Made by a program: the position numbers and the translations under genes. Below the pieces are notes generated by a model. The model was not told the origin of the DNA, searched no databases, and saw only the letters and a program-made list of their open reading frames with translations. 47,977 bases of DNA from Kofleriaceae bacterium (lineage in GTDB: Bacteria; Myxococcota_A; Polyangia; Haliangiales; Haliangiaceae), in contig JBKJLC010000060.1 in the NCBI GenBank assembly GCA_046597055.1, forward strand, positions 1-47,977, written 5' to 3'. This document shows, piece by piece, positions 35,672-45,726 of this stretch. Numbering within the stretch: the stretch's first letter is position 1; the number at the start of each line of letters is the position of its first letter.

Positions 35672-36909
35672 GGCGTGGGCTCGGCGGCGGCCGCCACCGT
35701 CATGCCGTCGGCGAGCTCGCGCGCCAGGGTCCGGTAGGGACCCTCGACCACCACGTCGCCCGGCTCGATCCCGCGGACGATCTCGACGTGGCTCTCCGAC
35801 GACAGCCCGACCTCGACCACGCGCTTCACGACCTTGCCGCCGACCACGACGAACACGACCTTGTCGAGCTTGTTCTTGCTGGTGGCCGCGGTGCCGGTGC
35901 CGGTGCTGGGGCCGCTGCCGCTGCCGGTGGCGGCTACCCCGGCCGGCCGCACCGTCACCGCCTGGATCGGCACCACCACGGCGTCCGGCCGGGTCTCGGT
36001 CGAGATCGTCACCTGCGCGCTCATGCCCGACAGCGCCCGCGGCGGCGTCTGGGTGAGCGCGACCCAGACCGGGAAGCTGGTGACCTCGTTCTCGGTCCCG
36101 GCGTTGCGCACGATCGCGTCGCGCCCGGCGTCGATCACCTTGCCGGAAAAGACCTGGTCGCCGAACGCGTCGATCTCGACCGCGGCGGTCTGGCCCGGCT
36201 TGATGAACACCACGTCGTGCTCGCCGATCTCGAGCCGCACGTAGGTCTCGCCGAGCGAGCCGAGCACCAGGATCACGTCCTCGGCGAAGTCGCTGCCGCG
36301 GACCCGCTCACCGACCCGGTGGTTGACCGCGAGCACGGTGCCGGCCACGGGCGCCGTCAGCGTGGCCCATCCGAGCGCGTTCTTCGCCTCGTCGAGGACC
36401 GCGCGCGCGACGCTGGCCCGGCTCTCGGCCGAGGTCCGCTCGGCGTCGGCCAGCGCGCGCGCCGACCGGGCCTGGGCCAGCTCGGCCTCGCTGATCACCT
36501 GCTGCTTGACCAGGTCGACCGCGCGCTGCTCCTCGCTGGCGAGGTGCGCGGCGTTGGTGCGGGCGCGGGTCACGTCGGCCTGGGCCGAGCGAACCTGCGC
36601 CTGTTGCTGCTCGACCTGAGTCAGGTAGCGCGAGGTGTCGATCTGGCCGATCGCCTCGCCCTTGGTGACGATGGAGCCGACCACGACCTTGAGGTCGAGC
36701 AGCACGCCGGTGATGTTCGACGAGACGTTGACCTTGCGCTCGGGCTCGAGCTTGCCGGCGCCGCTCACCGTGCGGGTGATCGCGGTGCGGGCGGCCACCG
36801 CGGTGTCCACCGACACCGGGGGCGCGGTGCGCGGCTTCAGGCTCGAGACCGTCACCATCGCGACCAGGGCGACGATGACGGCAGCAATGATCCAGCGAGT
36901 GATCGTCAT
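35668..36909 (-). CDS. MacA/HlyD-family periplasmic adaptor
   Basis: N-terminal TM, V.SNITG.L..L.V..G..V.KG, helical hairpin, APVAGTV, GMSAQV.I, VPIQAV and V.VGLS. Confidence 0.9.
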   Translation of the reverse strand: MTITRWIIAAVIVALVAMVTVSSLKPRTAPPVSVDTAVAARTAITRTVSGAGKLEPERKVNVSSNITGVLLDLKVVVGSIVTKGEAIGQIDTSRYLTQVEQQQAQVRSAQADVTRARTNAAHLASEEQRAVDLVKQQVISEAELAQARSARALADAERTSAESRASVARAVLDEAKNALGWATLTAPVAGTVLAVNHRVGERVRGSDFAEDVILVLGSLGETYVRLEIGEHDVVFIKPGQTAAVEIDAFGDQVFSGKVIDAGRDAIVRNAGTENEVTSFPVWVALTQTPPRALSGMSAQVTISTETRPDAVVVPIQAVTVRPAGVAATGSGSGPSTGTGTAATSKNKLDKVVFVVVGGKVVKRVVEVGLSSESHVEIVRGIEPGDVVVEGPYRTLARELADGMTVAAAAEPTP

Positions 36910-37703
36910 CGGGAACCTGTCGTGGTGATCAGCAGATAGAGCGTGAAGGCGATGGTGACGGTGACGACGCCGCGGGCCCGGCCGATGCCGGCGGCGGTGG
37001 CGAGCCCGAGCCCGCAGAGCACGACCGACCACACGGTGAACAGATCGGCGCCGCCGGCCAGGCGGGCCAGGAGCGGGTGGTCGAGGGTCAGCGCTAGATG
37101 ACTGGCGACCAGCCCGTCGAGCTCGGCCGGCCGCACCGCGCCCTGCCGCCAGGCGGCGGCGGCGGTGATCATCGATCGGACCGCCCACGGCAGCGCGCCG
37201 ACCGATGCAGCGGTCACCGTGCGCGCGAGTGTGGGCTTGCCGCCGACATACCGGCCGAGCAGGTACAGCGCGAGCGCGATCATCAGGATCCGGGCCGGGA
37301 CGCCCAGCGCCGCCGCGAAGCCGAGCTTGACCCGGAGGACCGCGGTTCGCTTGGTGACCTCCTCCTCGATCTCGCGGTCGGTCTTCACCTCGGCCACCTC
37401 GGGAGCCGCGGCGCCCGCTGGGGCAGGCGCGGCGCCGCCGGCGGGAGGCGGCGCGCCCGCGCTCTCGGCCCGGATCTCCGGCGCCACGTCGAGCCGCGCA
37501 CCGACCACCGCAGCGGCAAGGATCGCGGCGCCGATCACGATCGCCATCGCCAGCCGGAACCGGACGGCGGCGACCAGCGGCGGCACGCCGCGGTCGGGGA
37601 TCAGGAGCGCGGCGAGCTGCCCGACCAGCGCGGAGGCCACGCGCCGCAGGCGGGTGACGGCACCCGGACGTGCCGGCTGCAGGGACGCTTCGGGATCGAC
37701 CAA
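36906..37703 (-). CDS. Yip1-family membrane protein (accessory to the ABC exporter)
   Basis: Multi-TM protein with DLFTVWS..L..LGL; first gene of the adaptor-ATPase-permease operon (YknW-like position). Start uncertain (TTG 37703 or GTG 37640). Confidence 0.6.
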   Translation of the reverse strand: MVDPEASLQPARPGAVTRLRRVASALVGQLAALLIPDRGVPPLVAAVRFRLAMAIVIGAAILAAAVVGARLDVAPEIRAESAGAPPPAGGAAPAPAGAAAPEVAEVKTDREIEEEVTKRTAVLRVKLGFAAALGVPARILMIALALYLLGRYVGGKPTLARTVTAASVGALPWAVRSMITAAAAWRQGAVRPAELDGLVASHLALTLDHPLLARLAGGADLFTVWSVVLCGLGLATAAGIGRARGVVTVTIAFTLYLLITTTGSR

Positions 37704-37886
37704 GGCGCGCGGAGAATAACGATAATGCGCCGCGAGGCGATGGGCGACGGCCGGGAACGCAGCGCGGGCGTGCGCCGTGCCGTCCTTCGCCAGCGCGCTG
37801 CTCGATCCCCGCGCGGCGGGGGAATAAGGCGCGGCCGGTACGAGTTCCACGCTGCGCGGCAGTCCGAGGCGCTAGGATTCGCCGCG

Positions 37887-38519
37887 ATGCGGGTCGCAGC
37901 CTGGGTGTTCGCGGTGTGCGTGCTGGGGTGCCTCGTGGGCGTGATGATCCCCGCCGTGATGCTCGACGTCGGCGCCGCGCCGGTGGTCCAGCCCACGTCG
38001 ATCTCCTACTTCCGGCTGGCGACCAGCAAGGACGCCGCGCGCCGCTTCATCGACGACTACCGCGGCAGTCGCACCCGCAAGGTCGGCGTGAAGGTCCTGC
38101 GCAAGGTCGCGCCCCACCTGCGCGGCCAGGTCCGCGCCGACGTCGCCGACGTCCAGTCGACCCTCGACACCCTCGATCAGATCCGCGACGAGGACATCGA
38201 GACGGTCGGCACGATCTCGACCGCGACCATGTGGACCCTGCTCGGACTCCACCTGGTGGTGGCGGCGTTGATCTTCGGCGTGACCGTGCACACCTCCCGC
38301 GTCCGGCTCGCCGGCGCCGTGGTCGCCGCACTCCTCGCCGGCGCGCTCGCGCTGGCCATCCACGTCGCCTTGCGTCGCATCGTCGCCGCCGCCAACGACG
38401 AGGTCGGCCGCGCCCTGTTCTCCTTGCGCGCGGGCGCCTACCTCATCCCGGTCGCTTCGGTCGTCGCCGCGTGCGCGATCCTCGCGCTGATCGTCGCCCA
38501 CACCCGCGCCCGCCGGTAA
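37887..38519 (+). CDS. Hypothetical membrane protein (about 4 TM)
   Basis: GC3-biased ORF with hydrophobic segments; TAGGAT box 8 nt before the ATG. Confidence 0.65.
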   Translation: MRVAAWVFAVCVLGCLVGVMIPAVMLDVGAAPVVQPTSISYFRLATSKDAARRFIDDYRGSRTRKVGVKVLRKVAPHLRGQVRADVADVQSTLDTLDQIRDEDIETVGTISTATMWTLLGLHLVVAALIFGVTVHTSRVRLAGAVVAALLAGALALAIHVALRRIVAAANDEVGRALFSLRAGAYLIPVASVVAACAILALIVAHTRARR

Positions 38520-38578
38520 ACCGCGGCAGACGCGCGACCGGCTGCCGCGCCAGCCGGGTTTGGCGGCAAGCTCGGGCG

Positions 38579-39472
38579 ATGTCCCGCCTGCTCACCCTCG
38601 CCACGCTCGTGCTCGCCGCCTGTCACGCCGCCCCGGCGTCAGCGCCGGCCTCACCGGTCCCATCCTCATCGCCCGCCGCGACCGTCCCGGCCGCTTCGCG
38701 CTGGCCAGGACCTTGCCCCGCGATCGACGGCGTCGACCCGCTGGTCGCGCCCGGCTCGACGCTGCTGCTGGGCGAGCTGCACGGCACCGAGGAGAGCCCG
38801 CGCTTCGTCGGCGACGTCGCCTGTCACGCCAGCGCGGCCGCGCCGGTGACGATCGCGGTCGAGATCGCGCGCGACGAGCAGCCGCGCATCGACGCGTTCC
38901 TGGCCGCGCCCGGCGATGACGCGGCGGCGACCGCGGCGCTGCTGGCCGGTCGGTTCTGGCGCCGCGAGCTGCAGGACGGCCGCAGCAGCCAGGCGATGGC
39001 GTCGCTCCTGGCGCGGGCCCGGGCCGCGCGCGGTGCCGGCGTTGACGTGGCCGTGCTGGCCTTCGACGTCATCGATCCCACCCCGCGTCGCGACCAGGAG
39101 ATGGCAGCCGCGATCGCCGCCGCCCGCCGCGCGGCGCCGGCTCGCACGTTCGTCGTGCTCGCCGGCAACTATCACACCCGAACCTCGATGGGCGCGCCGT
39201 GGGATCCGGCCGCGAAGTGGATGGCCTGGTACCTCGTCGAGCGCGGCATCACGCTGACCACTCTCGACGTCGCGCGCGCCGGCGGCAGCGCCTGGGTGTG
39301 CATGGGCGCCGACCCGGCGCACCAGACATGCGGTGCGCAGAACTTCACGGGCACACCGGGCGACGTCGCCTGGCGCGCGGCGCGGGTGGCCGGCGTCGAG
39401 GGTCACGACGGTCACTACCTGGTCGGCCTCACCCACGCGTCGCCGCCGGCGGTCACCGTCGCGGCACCGTGA
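38579..39472 (+). CDS. Lipoprotein of the EreA/ChaN-like superfamily
   Basis: Lipobox LAAC; LLLGELHGT.E.P, AVE, DGRSS, RDQEMA and LAGNYH motifs. Confidence 0.6.
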   Translation: MSRLLTLATLVLAACHAAPASAPASPVPSSSPAATVPAASRWPGPCPAIDGVDPLVAPGSTLLLGELHGTEESPRFVGDVACHASAAAPVTIAVEIARDEQPRIDAFLAAPGDDAAATAALLAGRFWRRELQDGRSSQAMASLLARARAARGAGVDVAVLAFDVIDPTPRRDQEMAAAIAAARRAAPARTFVVLAGNYHTRTSMGAPWDPAAKWMAWYLVERGITLTTLDVARAGGSAWVCMGADPAHQTCGAQNFTGTPGDVAWRAARVAGVEGHDGHYLVGLTHASPPAVTVAAP

Positions 39473-39520
39473 CCGGTTCGCCCAGGGCCCGCGAATGGAT
39501 ACGTCATTCGCGGGCCCTCA

Positions 39521-41770
39521 CTACCTCTCCGCCGAGGCGCCAACCCACCGCCGGTAGTGCCCGCACTCCTTCAGAATCTCGCGGTGGTACTTGGTGTCGG
39601 CGAAGCCCTTCACGACCGCGAACCACGCCTTGGGGACGGGCAGGGCGTCGGCGCTCTCGTAGGGCGCATACTTCGCGGTGACCAGGGTCTGCAGCTCGGC
39701 CTTGGCCGCGTAGAACGCGGCCCGTGCCTTGAGCTCGCGGTTGCGCGACAGCTCGAACGCGCGGCGGTACCAGCGCTCGGCCGGCCGGGTGTCGAACGTC
39801 TTCTGGTGGGTGTCGCCGAGCACCGTGCGCGCGTTGCCGTACCAGGTCAGGTTGTAGTACGCGGTGCCGATCGCGAGCGCCGCCTGGGCGGCGGGCTCGC
39901 CCTTGCCGCTGGCCCGGTTCGCGAGCGCGGCCAGGCGCGCGGCCAGGCTGGCGTGCGTCCACCTGGCGTTCGCGTGCTTCGCGTGATCGCAGTCGTGGCA
40001 GTCGACGATGTGCGTGACGAACGGGTCGGTCCCCAGCGGTGCCGAGGCGGCGGTCGTGGTCGTGAACGCCTGGCTGGCGGCGGTGAAGTTGCCGTCGAGC
40101 AGGTAGCGCAGCGCGAGCTCCTGCTCGAGCGCGGCGCGGGTGTGGGTGCCCGCCAGCACGAACCGGTCGAACTCCGACGAGGTCTGGCCGGTGCGCGCGA
40201 TCAGCGCCTTGATGAACGAAACCTCGGCCCACTTCGACGGCACCTTCGGATCGCGCGGCCGGCCGGTGCTGTCGTCGATCGGGCTCACGATCCCGGGGCG
40301 CAGGAGCTCGCCGTCGACGATCCGCCCGGCCTGGACGTACGCGTGCGCGAGCCGACCCCGGACCTCGGTGGTCACGGCTGACTGGCGTCCGAAGCTGGGA
40401 TCGAGGCCGTTCATCGCGCGCGCCAGCTCGTCCTCGCGCTGCGGGTTGATCTTCCAGTCGAGCGCCAGCGCCAGCGCCAGGCTGGCCTTGGCCTGGCTGG
40501 CCACCGCCACGTCGCCGGGCCGCGCGCGGACCGCGGCCTGCAGCTGGGCCCGGGCGGTGACGAGGTCGCCGCGCCGCGCCGCCAGGTGTCCGAGCACCAG
40601 CTGCATCAGCCAGGGCCGGTCCCCGCCCCGGGTGGCAGCCGCCTTGCTGGCGATCTGCTCGAGCGCGGCGTACGTCTTCTGCTGGGCTGCGATCGCCGCG
40701 GGCTCGGGCGGCCCGCCCCAGGCCTCGGTGCCCCGGCTCTCGGCGCGGCCCAGCTCGCGGACGACGAGCAGCCCGAGCAGGTCCGACCCCGGGTCGAGCT
40801 GCTGGATCTCCTGCGCGGCGACCAGCCCGTCCGAGGTCATGCCGACCAGCCGCCACAGCTGCGTCTGTTCGCGCACGCTGGTGGCCAGCCGCAGCGTCTG
40901 GCGCCAGTCGACGTCCTCCATCGGGCGGAAGTCCTGGGCGGCGGCCCCGGCCAGCGCCGGCGAGCCGACGTGCACCCGCGCGAGCTCGAGGTTGGCGCGG
41001 GCCAGGTCGCCGGTGCGCCGGAGCGCGCCGGCGAGGTAGTAGCGCGCGCGCCAGGCCAGGTCGCTCGACGGCGCCGCGAGCGCGCCGCCTTGCTGCTGAT
41101 GGAACCCGATCGCGCCCGCCCAGTCGCGCCGATAGAACAGCAGCCGCAGGACCTGGAACGCGTGGCGCTGCTTGAGGAACGGATCGCGGGCCGCCTTGAG
41201 CCCGGCCCGGGCCTCGGTCAGGAGCCGCGCCGCCGCGGTCACCGCGGCCGGCTCCACCGCGGCTTCGACGTCGAGGCTCGCGCGCGGCTCCACCCGCCGC
41301 GCCAGCGCCACCAACCTGATCGCGGCGGCCAGCTTCTTGCGCGCGGCGGGTCGGTTCCACAGCGTGCTGCGCTCGAAGCCCTTGGGCGCCACGCGGGTCT
41401 TGCCGGCCAGGCGCGCCGCGATCGCGGTGAGGTCGGCGGTCGACGCCTGGTAGAGCACCTGCTCCCAGTCGGCCGCGGTGACCGCATCCTTCAGGTAGCC
41501 CTGCCAGTCGGCGAGCATCGCCGTGCGCGCGCAGTCCTCGCACAAGCCACCGAAACCGGCGACGAACGGATCGAAGTGGAGCCGGTCCCACGCCGGATCG
41601 CGGACGACCCCGGGGTCGAATGTCGTCAGGTCCTCGATGGTCGGCCCCGACCAGCCGCAGGCGTCGGCGCGCTGGTCGCGCAGGCCGATCACGACGGTGG
41701 CCGCCAGCGCGAGGGCCAGCGCCCCGCTAGCGAGCCGCGCGAAACACACGTTCGAGGTTCTCGAGGCCAT
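39521..41770 (-). CDS. Large exported helical-repeat (TPR-like) hypothetical protein
   Basis: Signal peptide ending ..ADA-CGW; Ala/Leu/Arg-rich helices; DPF....DCHDCDH, YYNLTWYGN.R and DTKYHREILKEC; overlaps the upstream gene by 44 nt. Confidence 0.7.
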   Translation of the reverse strand: MASRTSNVCFARLASGALALALAATVVIGLRDQRADACGWSGPTIEDLTTFDPGVVRDPAWDRLHFDPFVAGFGGLCEDCARTAMLADWQGYLKDAVTAADWEQVLYQASTADLTAIAARLAGKTRVAPKGFERSTLWNRPAARKKLAAAIRLVALARRVEPRASLDVEAAVEPAAVTAAARLLTEARAGLKAARDPFLKQRHAFQVLRLLFYRRDWAGAIGFHQQQGGALAAPSSDLAWRARYYLAGALRRTGDLARANLELARVHVGSPALAGAAAQDFRPMEDVDWRQTLRLATSVREQTQLWRLVGMTSDGLVAAQEIQQLDPGSDLLGLLVVRELGRAESRGTEAWGGPPEPAAIAAQQKTYAALEQIASKAAATRGGDRPWLMQLVLGHLAARRGDLVTARAQLQAAVRARPGDVAVASQAKASLALALALDWKINPQREDELARAMNGLDPSFGRQSAVTTEVRGRLAHAYVQAGRIVDGELLRPGIVSPIDDSTGRPRDPKVPSKWAEVSFIKALIARTGQTSSEFDRFVLAGTHTRAALEQELALRYLLDGNFTAASQAFTTTTAASAPLGTDPFVTHIVDCHDCDHAKHANARWTHASLAARLAALANRASGKGEPAAQAALAIGTAYYNLTWYGNARTVLGDTHQKTFDTRPAERWYRRAFELSRNRELKARAAFYAAKAELQTLVTAKYAPYESADALPVPKAWFAVVKGFADTKYHREILKECGHYRRWVGASAER

Positions 41771-42779
41771 GGCGGTTGAGATTCCTTTCCGACAGATCGA
41801 ACAGCGAGATCGTGCGCGGTTGCCGCGCCCTCGCGAGCCGCGGCGCGAGCATACCTGCCGCCGTCAGCGCCTCGGTGGGACCGGTGACCTCGACCGCGAG
41901 CAGGTCGCCCTCGCGCAGCAGGGTCCCGTGCAGAAACCCGTTGCGCGTGACCCGGTAGCGGTCGGCGCTCACCGGGCGGACGAAGTCGAGCGTGGCGAGC
42001 TCGTCGGGATCGGTGCTCTGCAACAGGCCCTCGACGCGGTCGTCGCGGACGTGGACCGTCCAGGACCAGATCGGCAGGGCGGCGTCGAGCGGCAGCGGGT
42101 AGTCGGCCAGGCGGCCGAGGTAGCGCCGCGCGGCGTCGGGGGCGAAGATCGCGCGCGCGCCGGGGGCCGCGCTGATCTCGCCCATGTTGTAGAACATCAA
42201 CATGCCGCGCGCGACCGGCGGGACCCCGGTGCGCTCGCGATACTTCACCTGGTGCAGGCGGATCGTCGCCGACAGCGCCACCGCGGCCGGGTCGGTGATG
42301 GCGCGGAGCTCGGTCAAGAAGGCGAAGAAGCCGGCGCGGGTGCCGTCGGTCCAGTCGCAGTCGACCTGCAGCTCGCGCACGGCGAACCCGAGCGCGGTGG
42401 CGCGCTGCTGCACCCGGGTCCAGGTCATCCGCGCGAGCGCCGCGGTCTGGTCGGCGGGCAGGCGCTGGAACACGTCGTTGCGCAGGTAGACGACCGGGAT
42501 GATCTCGATCCCGGCCGGCATCCGCGCGCCGTCGGCCGCGGCGATCACGCCGATCGGGGCCGGTCCCGCCTCGGCCTCGCGCCACTCGACGTCGAACACG
42601 CGCAGGTACAGCTTCGCGACCTGAAGGTCGGCGAGCGCGCGCGTCTCGGCCGGCGACAGCCGGAAGGTGGTGCGCCAGTAATAGAACGCGCGCGTGACCG
42701 GCGGGCCCGGCTCCCGCGCGGGCTGCCCGCACGTGGCCAAGGCGACCATCGCGATCACCAGGAGGAGCCGTCGCGCCAT
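41727..42779 (-). CDS. Lipoprotein with GH18-like TIM barrel (DUF3142-like)
   Basis: Lipobox LATC; AFYYWRT, LYLRVFDV, ELQVDCDW, LSATIRLHQ, MFYNMG and YPLPLDAALP. Confidence 0.6.
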   Translation of the reverse strand: MARRLLLVIAMVALATCGQPAREPGPPVTRAFYYWRTTFRLSPAETRALADLQVAKLYLRVFDVEWREAEAGPAPIGVIAAADGARMPAGIEIIPVVYLRNDVFQRLPADQTAALARMTWTRVQQRATALGFAVRELQVDCDWTDGTRAGFFAFLTELRAITDPAAVALSATIRLHQVKYRERTGVPPVARGMLMFYNMGEISAAPGARAIFAPDAARRYLGRLADYPLPLDAALPIWSWTVHVRDDRVEGLLQSTDPDELATLDFVRPVSADRYRVTRNGFLHGTLLREGDLLAVEVTGPTEALTAAGMLAPRLARARQPRTISLFDLSERNLNRHGLENLERVFRAAR

Positions 42780-42953
42780 TGCCCGCACGATAACGGGCGA
42801 CCCGCGGCTTGTATTGCGGAGGCGCGCCGGTCCCACGTCGGATTGCGCGTGAAGCGCAGCCGGTGCGCGGCGGAAGGCGGTGCTTGACACCGTCGCGGAC
42901 CGCGCGGTACGGGCTGCCTCCCTTCCGTTCATCCGCCTCTGGAGCTCTGCCTC

Positions 42954-43928
42954 ATGTCCACGCTTCTTCACCGGGCCCTTCCCGCGCTGTCCCTCGCCCT
43001 GACCGTCGGCCTCGTCGGCTGCCTGTCGCCCGACGATCAGGAGAATCCCGAGCTCGACACCACCGAGCTCGAGGTCGTCTCGGTCTCGACTCCTGACTAC
43101 TTCCGCCTGGAGCGCATCAAGAGCGGTGGCGCCTCGGCCACCAACCGCTACGTGATCGCCCCGGTCAACGGCGGCACCATGCGCTGCCCGACCGGCGCCC
43201 GCGCCCCGCGCTGCACGGTCGACGATCTCGTGCTGCCGGTCGACTGTGACTGGGAGTGCCAGGACGGCGTCCTGTCCCTGCGCGGCGTCACCGTCCTCCG
43301 CGGCGAGCTCCGCACCACCCGCGTCACCCCGGGCCGGCGTGGGCGCACGGCGCTGGTCGCCGCGGCCGCGTTCGACACCCTCGATGGGTCGCTCGGCTCG
43401 AAGCCGGTCTACCGGATCACCCAGCGCGTCGCGCCGTGCCTGGTCGCGCCGTGCCCGGTCTTCACCACGGCGACCCGGGTCAACTCGCCGAACCCCGCCG
43501 TCCAGCTCGCGACCGTCGACTTCAGCGGCGCCCACGACCCCAACTACGTGCTCGACGCCGCGCGCGGCCTCGCCCAGATGGCGCGCGCCGAGGGCCTGCT
43601 CGCGACCGGCACGATCTCGCGCGGCACGTTCCGCGTCGACCGCGTGTTCCGCCAGTGGTCGCCGATCGCCGACTGCGACGTCCTCGCCGCGGCCCGCGCG
43701 CACGCGTTCCCCGAGGCCCCGGCCGCCGACGAGGTCCAGCTGGTCTTCGCCACCACCGCCGAGGCCGAGACCTACCAGGACGCGGACGGGCGCCGCGTGA
43801 GCTGGCTCGTGCGCACCGAGAACTCGACCGCGACGGTGGCCTTCACCGCCGGCTTCAACGACCTGTGGTCGCAGACCTTCACGGTCGGCACCTCGGTCTG
43901 CGACGTGACGATCACCGGCGAGCACTGA
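42954..43928 (+). CDS. Cys-containing lipoprotein (possibly DUF6748-like)
   Basis: Lipobox LVGC; CLVAPCP motif; strong codon bias. Confidence 0.6.
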   Translation: MSTLLHRALPALSLALTVGLVGCLSPDDQENPELDTTELEVVSVSTPDYFRLERIKSGGASATNRYVIAPVNGGTMRCPTGARAPRCTVDDLVLPVDCDWECQDGVLSLRGVTVLRGELRTTRVTPGRRGRTALVAAAAFDTLDGSLGSKPVYRITQRVAPCLVAPCPVFTTATRVNSPNPAVQLATVDFSGAHDPNYVLDAARGLAQMARAEGLLATGTISRGTFRVDRVFRQWSPIADCDVLAAARAHAFPEAPAADEVQLVFATTAEAETYQDADGRRVSWLVRTENSTATVAFTAGFNDLWSQTFTVGTSVCDVTITGEH

Positions 43929-43970
43929 CCACCGGCGAGCCCTGACCGCCGGCGAGCCCTGACCGCCGGC
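43925..43970 (+). repeat. 17-bp tandem direct repeat (about 2.7 copies)
   Basis: CTGACCACCGGCGAGCC / CTGACCGCCGGCGAGCC / CTGACCGCCGGC, beginning at the stop codon of the upstream gene. Confidence 0.85.
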
Positions 43971-43997
43971 AGGCCCGGGGCCGCCGAGGCCCGCGGC

Positions 43998-45572
43998 CTA
44001 CTTGACGAAGCGCTGGACGATGGCGCGGACGGTCTTCGCGTCGAACGGCTTCTCGAGCCGCACGTTGGTGACGCGATCGAGAAAGGCGTTGGCGGTGCCG
44101 GTGAACGCGCCGCCGGAGATGAACACCACCCGCTCGGCCACCGCCGGGTAGCGCCGGGCCAGCTCGTCGTGGAACTCCATGCCGGACATCTCCGGCATCA
44201 TGAGGTCCGACAGGATCACGTCGAAGTGGCGCCCCGCATCGAGGAGCTGGAGCGCGTCGCTGGCCCGGGTCGTGGTCGTCACGTCGTGGTCCTTCAGCAG
44301 GCGACGCATCGCGATCCCGATCGAGGGCTCGTCGTCGACCACCAGGACCGCGCCGCGGGCGGGTGGGGCGGGCGCGAGCGCGGCCGGTGCGGCCACCTCG
44401 GCGGCCGTGGCCGGCGCCGGGGGCAGCACGGTGCGGAACCGGGTGCCCAGGCCGGGCTCGCTGGTCACCGACAGGAGCCCGCCCATGCTGGTGACGATGT
44501 TGTGGCAGATCGACAAGCCGAGGCCGGTGCCGAGCCCGACCGGCTTGGTCGTGAAGAACGGATCGAACACCCGCGGCAGGGCCGCGGCCGGGATCCCGTC
44601 GCCGGTGTCGCGCACCTCGATCACCGCTCGACCCTCGGCGTCGGTCGAGGTCACGATGCGGATCTCGTGATCGCTGCTGGCGCCCTCCGGGATCGCCTGC
44701 GCCGCATTGATGAGCAGATTGATGAACACCTGCCCGAGCCGCGCGTCGTCGGCGATGATGGGCGGCGTCGGCCCCAGCTCCTTCACCAGCCGCGCCCGCT
44801 GCTGGATCTCGTTGGCGGTCAGGGTGACCGCCAGCTCGATGACCTGGTGGACGTCGACCACCACCGGGCGATCCTCGGCGGCCCGCGCGAAGGTCTTGAG
44901 CCCGCGGACGATCTTCCGGATCTTCTCGGCGCCGGTGCGCACCTCGAGCGCCATCTGCGTCATCTCGGCCAGCTGCGCCGCGGGCACGGCCTCGCCCAGG
45001 GTTCGCAGCTCCTCGAGCAGCAGCGCGATGTTGGTCGCGACCGCGGCCAGCGGGTTGTTGATCTCGTGCGCGCTGCCGGCGGCCAGCGTGCCTACCGCCG
45101 CCATGCGATCGGCGAACAGCAGCTGTTGCTGCAGCTGCTCTTGCTGCTCGATCGACGCCCGCAGGCGCTCCTCGGCCTGGAACTGCTCGGTGACGTCGCG
45201 GGCCGCGGCGTAGACGACGCCGTGGTCGCGGCTGGCGACCGATCGCCACTCGAACCAGCGGTACGTCCCATCCTTGCAGACGTAGCGGTTCCGGAGCATC
45301 CCCAGCGCGACGCCCTCGTGCAGGCGCGCGCGGGCCGCGAGCGTGGGCTCGCGATCGTCGGGATGGACCAGCTCGATCGAGGGCCGCGCCATCAGCTCCT
45401 CGGCGGACCAGCCGAGGGTGCGCGACCACGATGGATTCACCCGCACGAAGTGCCCGTCGAAGCCGACGACGCAGAGGTTATCGAGCGACATCTCGAAGAA
45501 GTCGGCGGCGGCTGGCCGCGCAGCGCGCGATGCGGCCGCGTCGCGTTCCGTGGCGTTGCCGGACTTCAGCAC
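43998..45572 (-). CDS. PAS-domain hybrid sensor histidine kinase / response regulator
   Basis: PAS (VNPSW...LGW, VHPDD, DGTYRW, ARDVTE), H-box [24 protein letters not shown], and receiver VVDDE / SDLMMP / EKPF. Start uncertain. Confidence 0.93.
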   Translation of the reverse strand: MLKSGNATERDAAASRAARPAAADFFEMSLDNLCVVGFDGHFVRVNPSWSRTLGWSAEELMARPSIELVHPDDREPTLAARARLHEGVALGMLRNRYVCKDGTYRWFEWRSVASRDHGVVYAAARDVTEQFQAEERLRASIEQQEQLQQQLLFADRMAAVGTLAAGSAHEINNPLAAVATNIALLLEELRTLGEAVPAAQLAEMTQMALEVRTGAEKIRKIVRGLKTFARAAEDRPVVVDVHQVIELAVTLTANEIQQRARLVKELGPTPPIIADDARLGQVFINLLINAAQAIPEGASSDHEIRIVTSTDAEGRAVIEVRDTGDGIPAAALPRVFDPFFTTKPVGLGTGLGLSICHNIVTSMGGLLSVTSEPGLGTRFRTVLPPAPATAAEVAAPAALAPAPPARGAVLVVDDEPSIGIAMRRLLKDHDVTTTTRASDALQLLDAGRHFDVILSDLMMPEMSGMEFHDELARRYPAVAERVVFISGGAFTGTANAFLDRVTNVRLEKPFDAKTVRAIVQRFVK

Positions 45573-45691
45573 GAGCGCCCGAGGGTATCACCGGCGCCCG
45601 CGATCGACCCCGATGGATACGGCTGCGCGAAACGTCCAACTCATTTCGTAATTGGATCAGGCGGTTAAGCTAAAAGTAGAAAGTGCAACTG

Positions 45692-45719
45692 TTCAATGTC
45701 TGCTCACGCGATCTAGGCT
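45692..45719 (+). promoter_or_regulatory. sigma70-type promoter candidate in an AT-rich divergent intergenic region
   Basis: TTCAAT-N16-TAGGCT, 7 nt before the ATG at 45727; TCCAA-N12-TTGGA inverted repeat upstream at 45635-45656. Confidence 0.4.
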
Positions 45720-45726
45720 GCGCGCC

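Noticed and set aside
39983..40000. CHDCDH as a c-type heme site
   Set aside because: It is CxxCxH, not CxxCH, and there is no cytochrome context; at most a disulfide or metal site.
42780..43925. Long N-terminal extensions in the ORF track (41727-43925, also 32464-35001, 11039-13231, 12778-15213, 21199-23604) suggesting fusions
   Set aside because: They overlap neighbouring real genes or regulatory spacers; signal peptides and GTGA/ATGA couplings mark the true starts.
43925..43970. Direct repeats as a mini-CRISPR array
   Set aside because: The units are contiguous with no spacers, only 17 bp long, and there are no cas genes.
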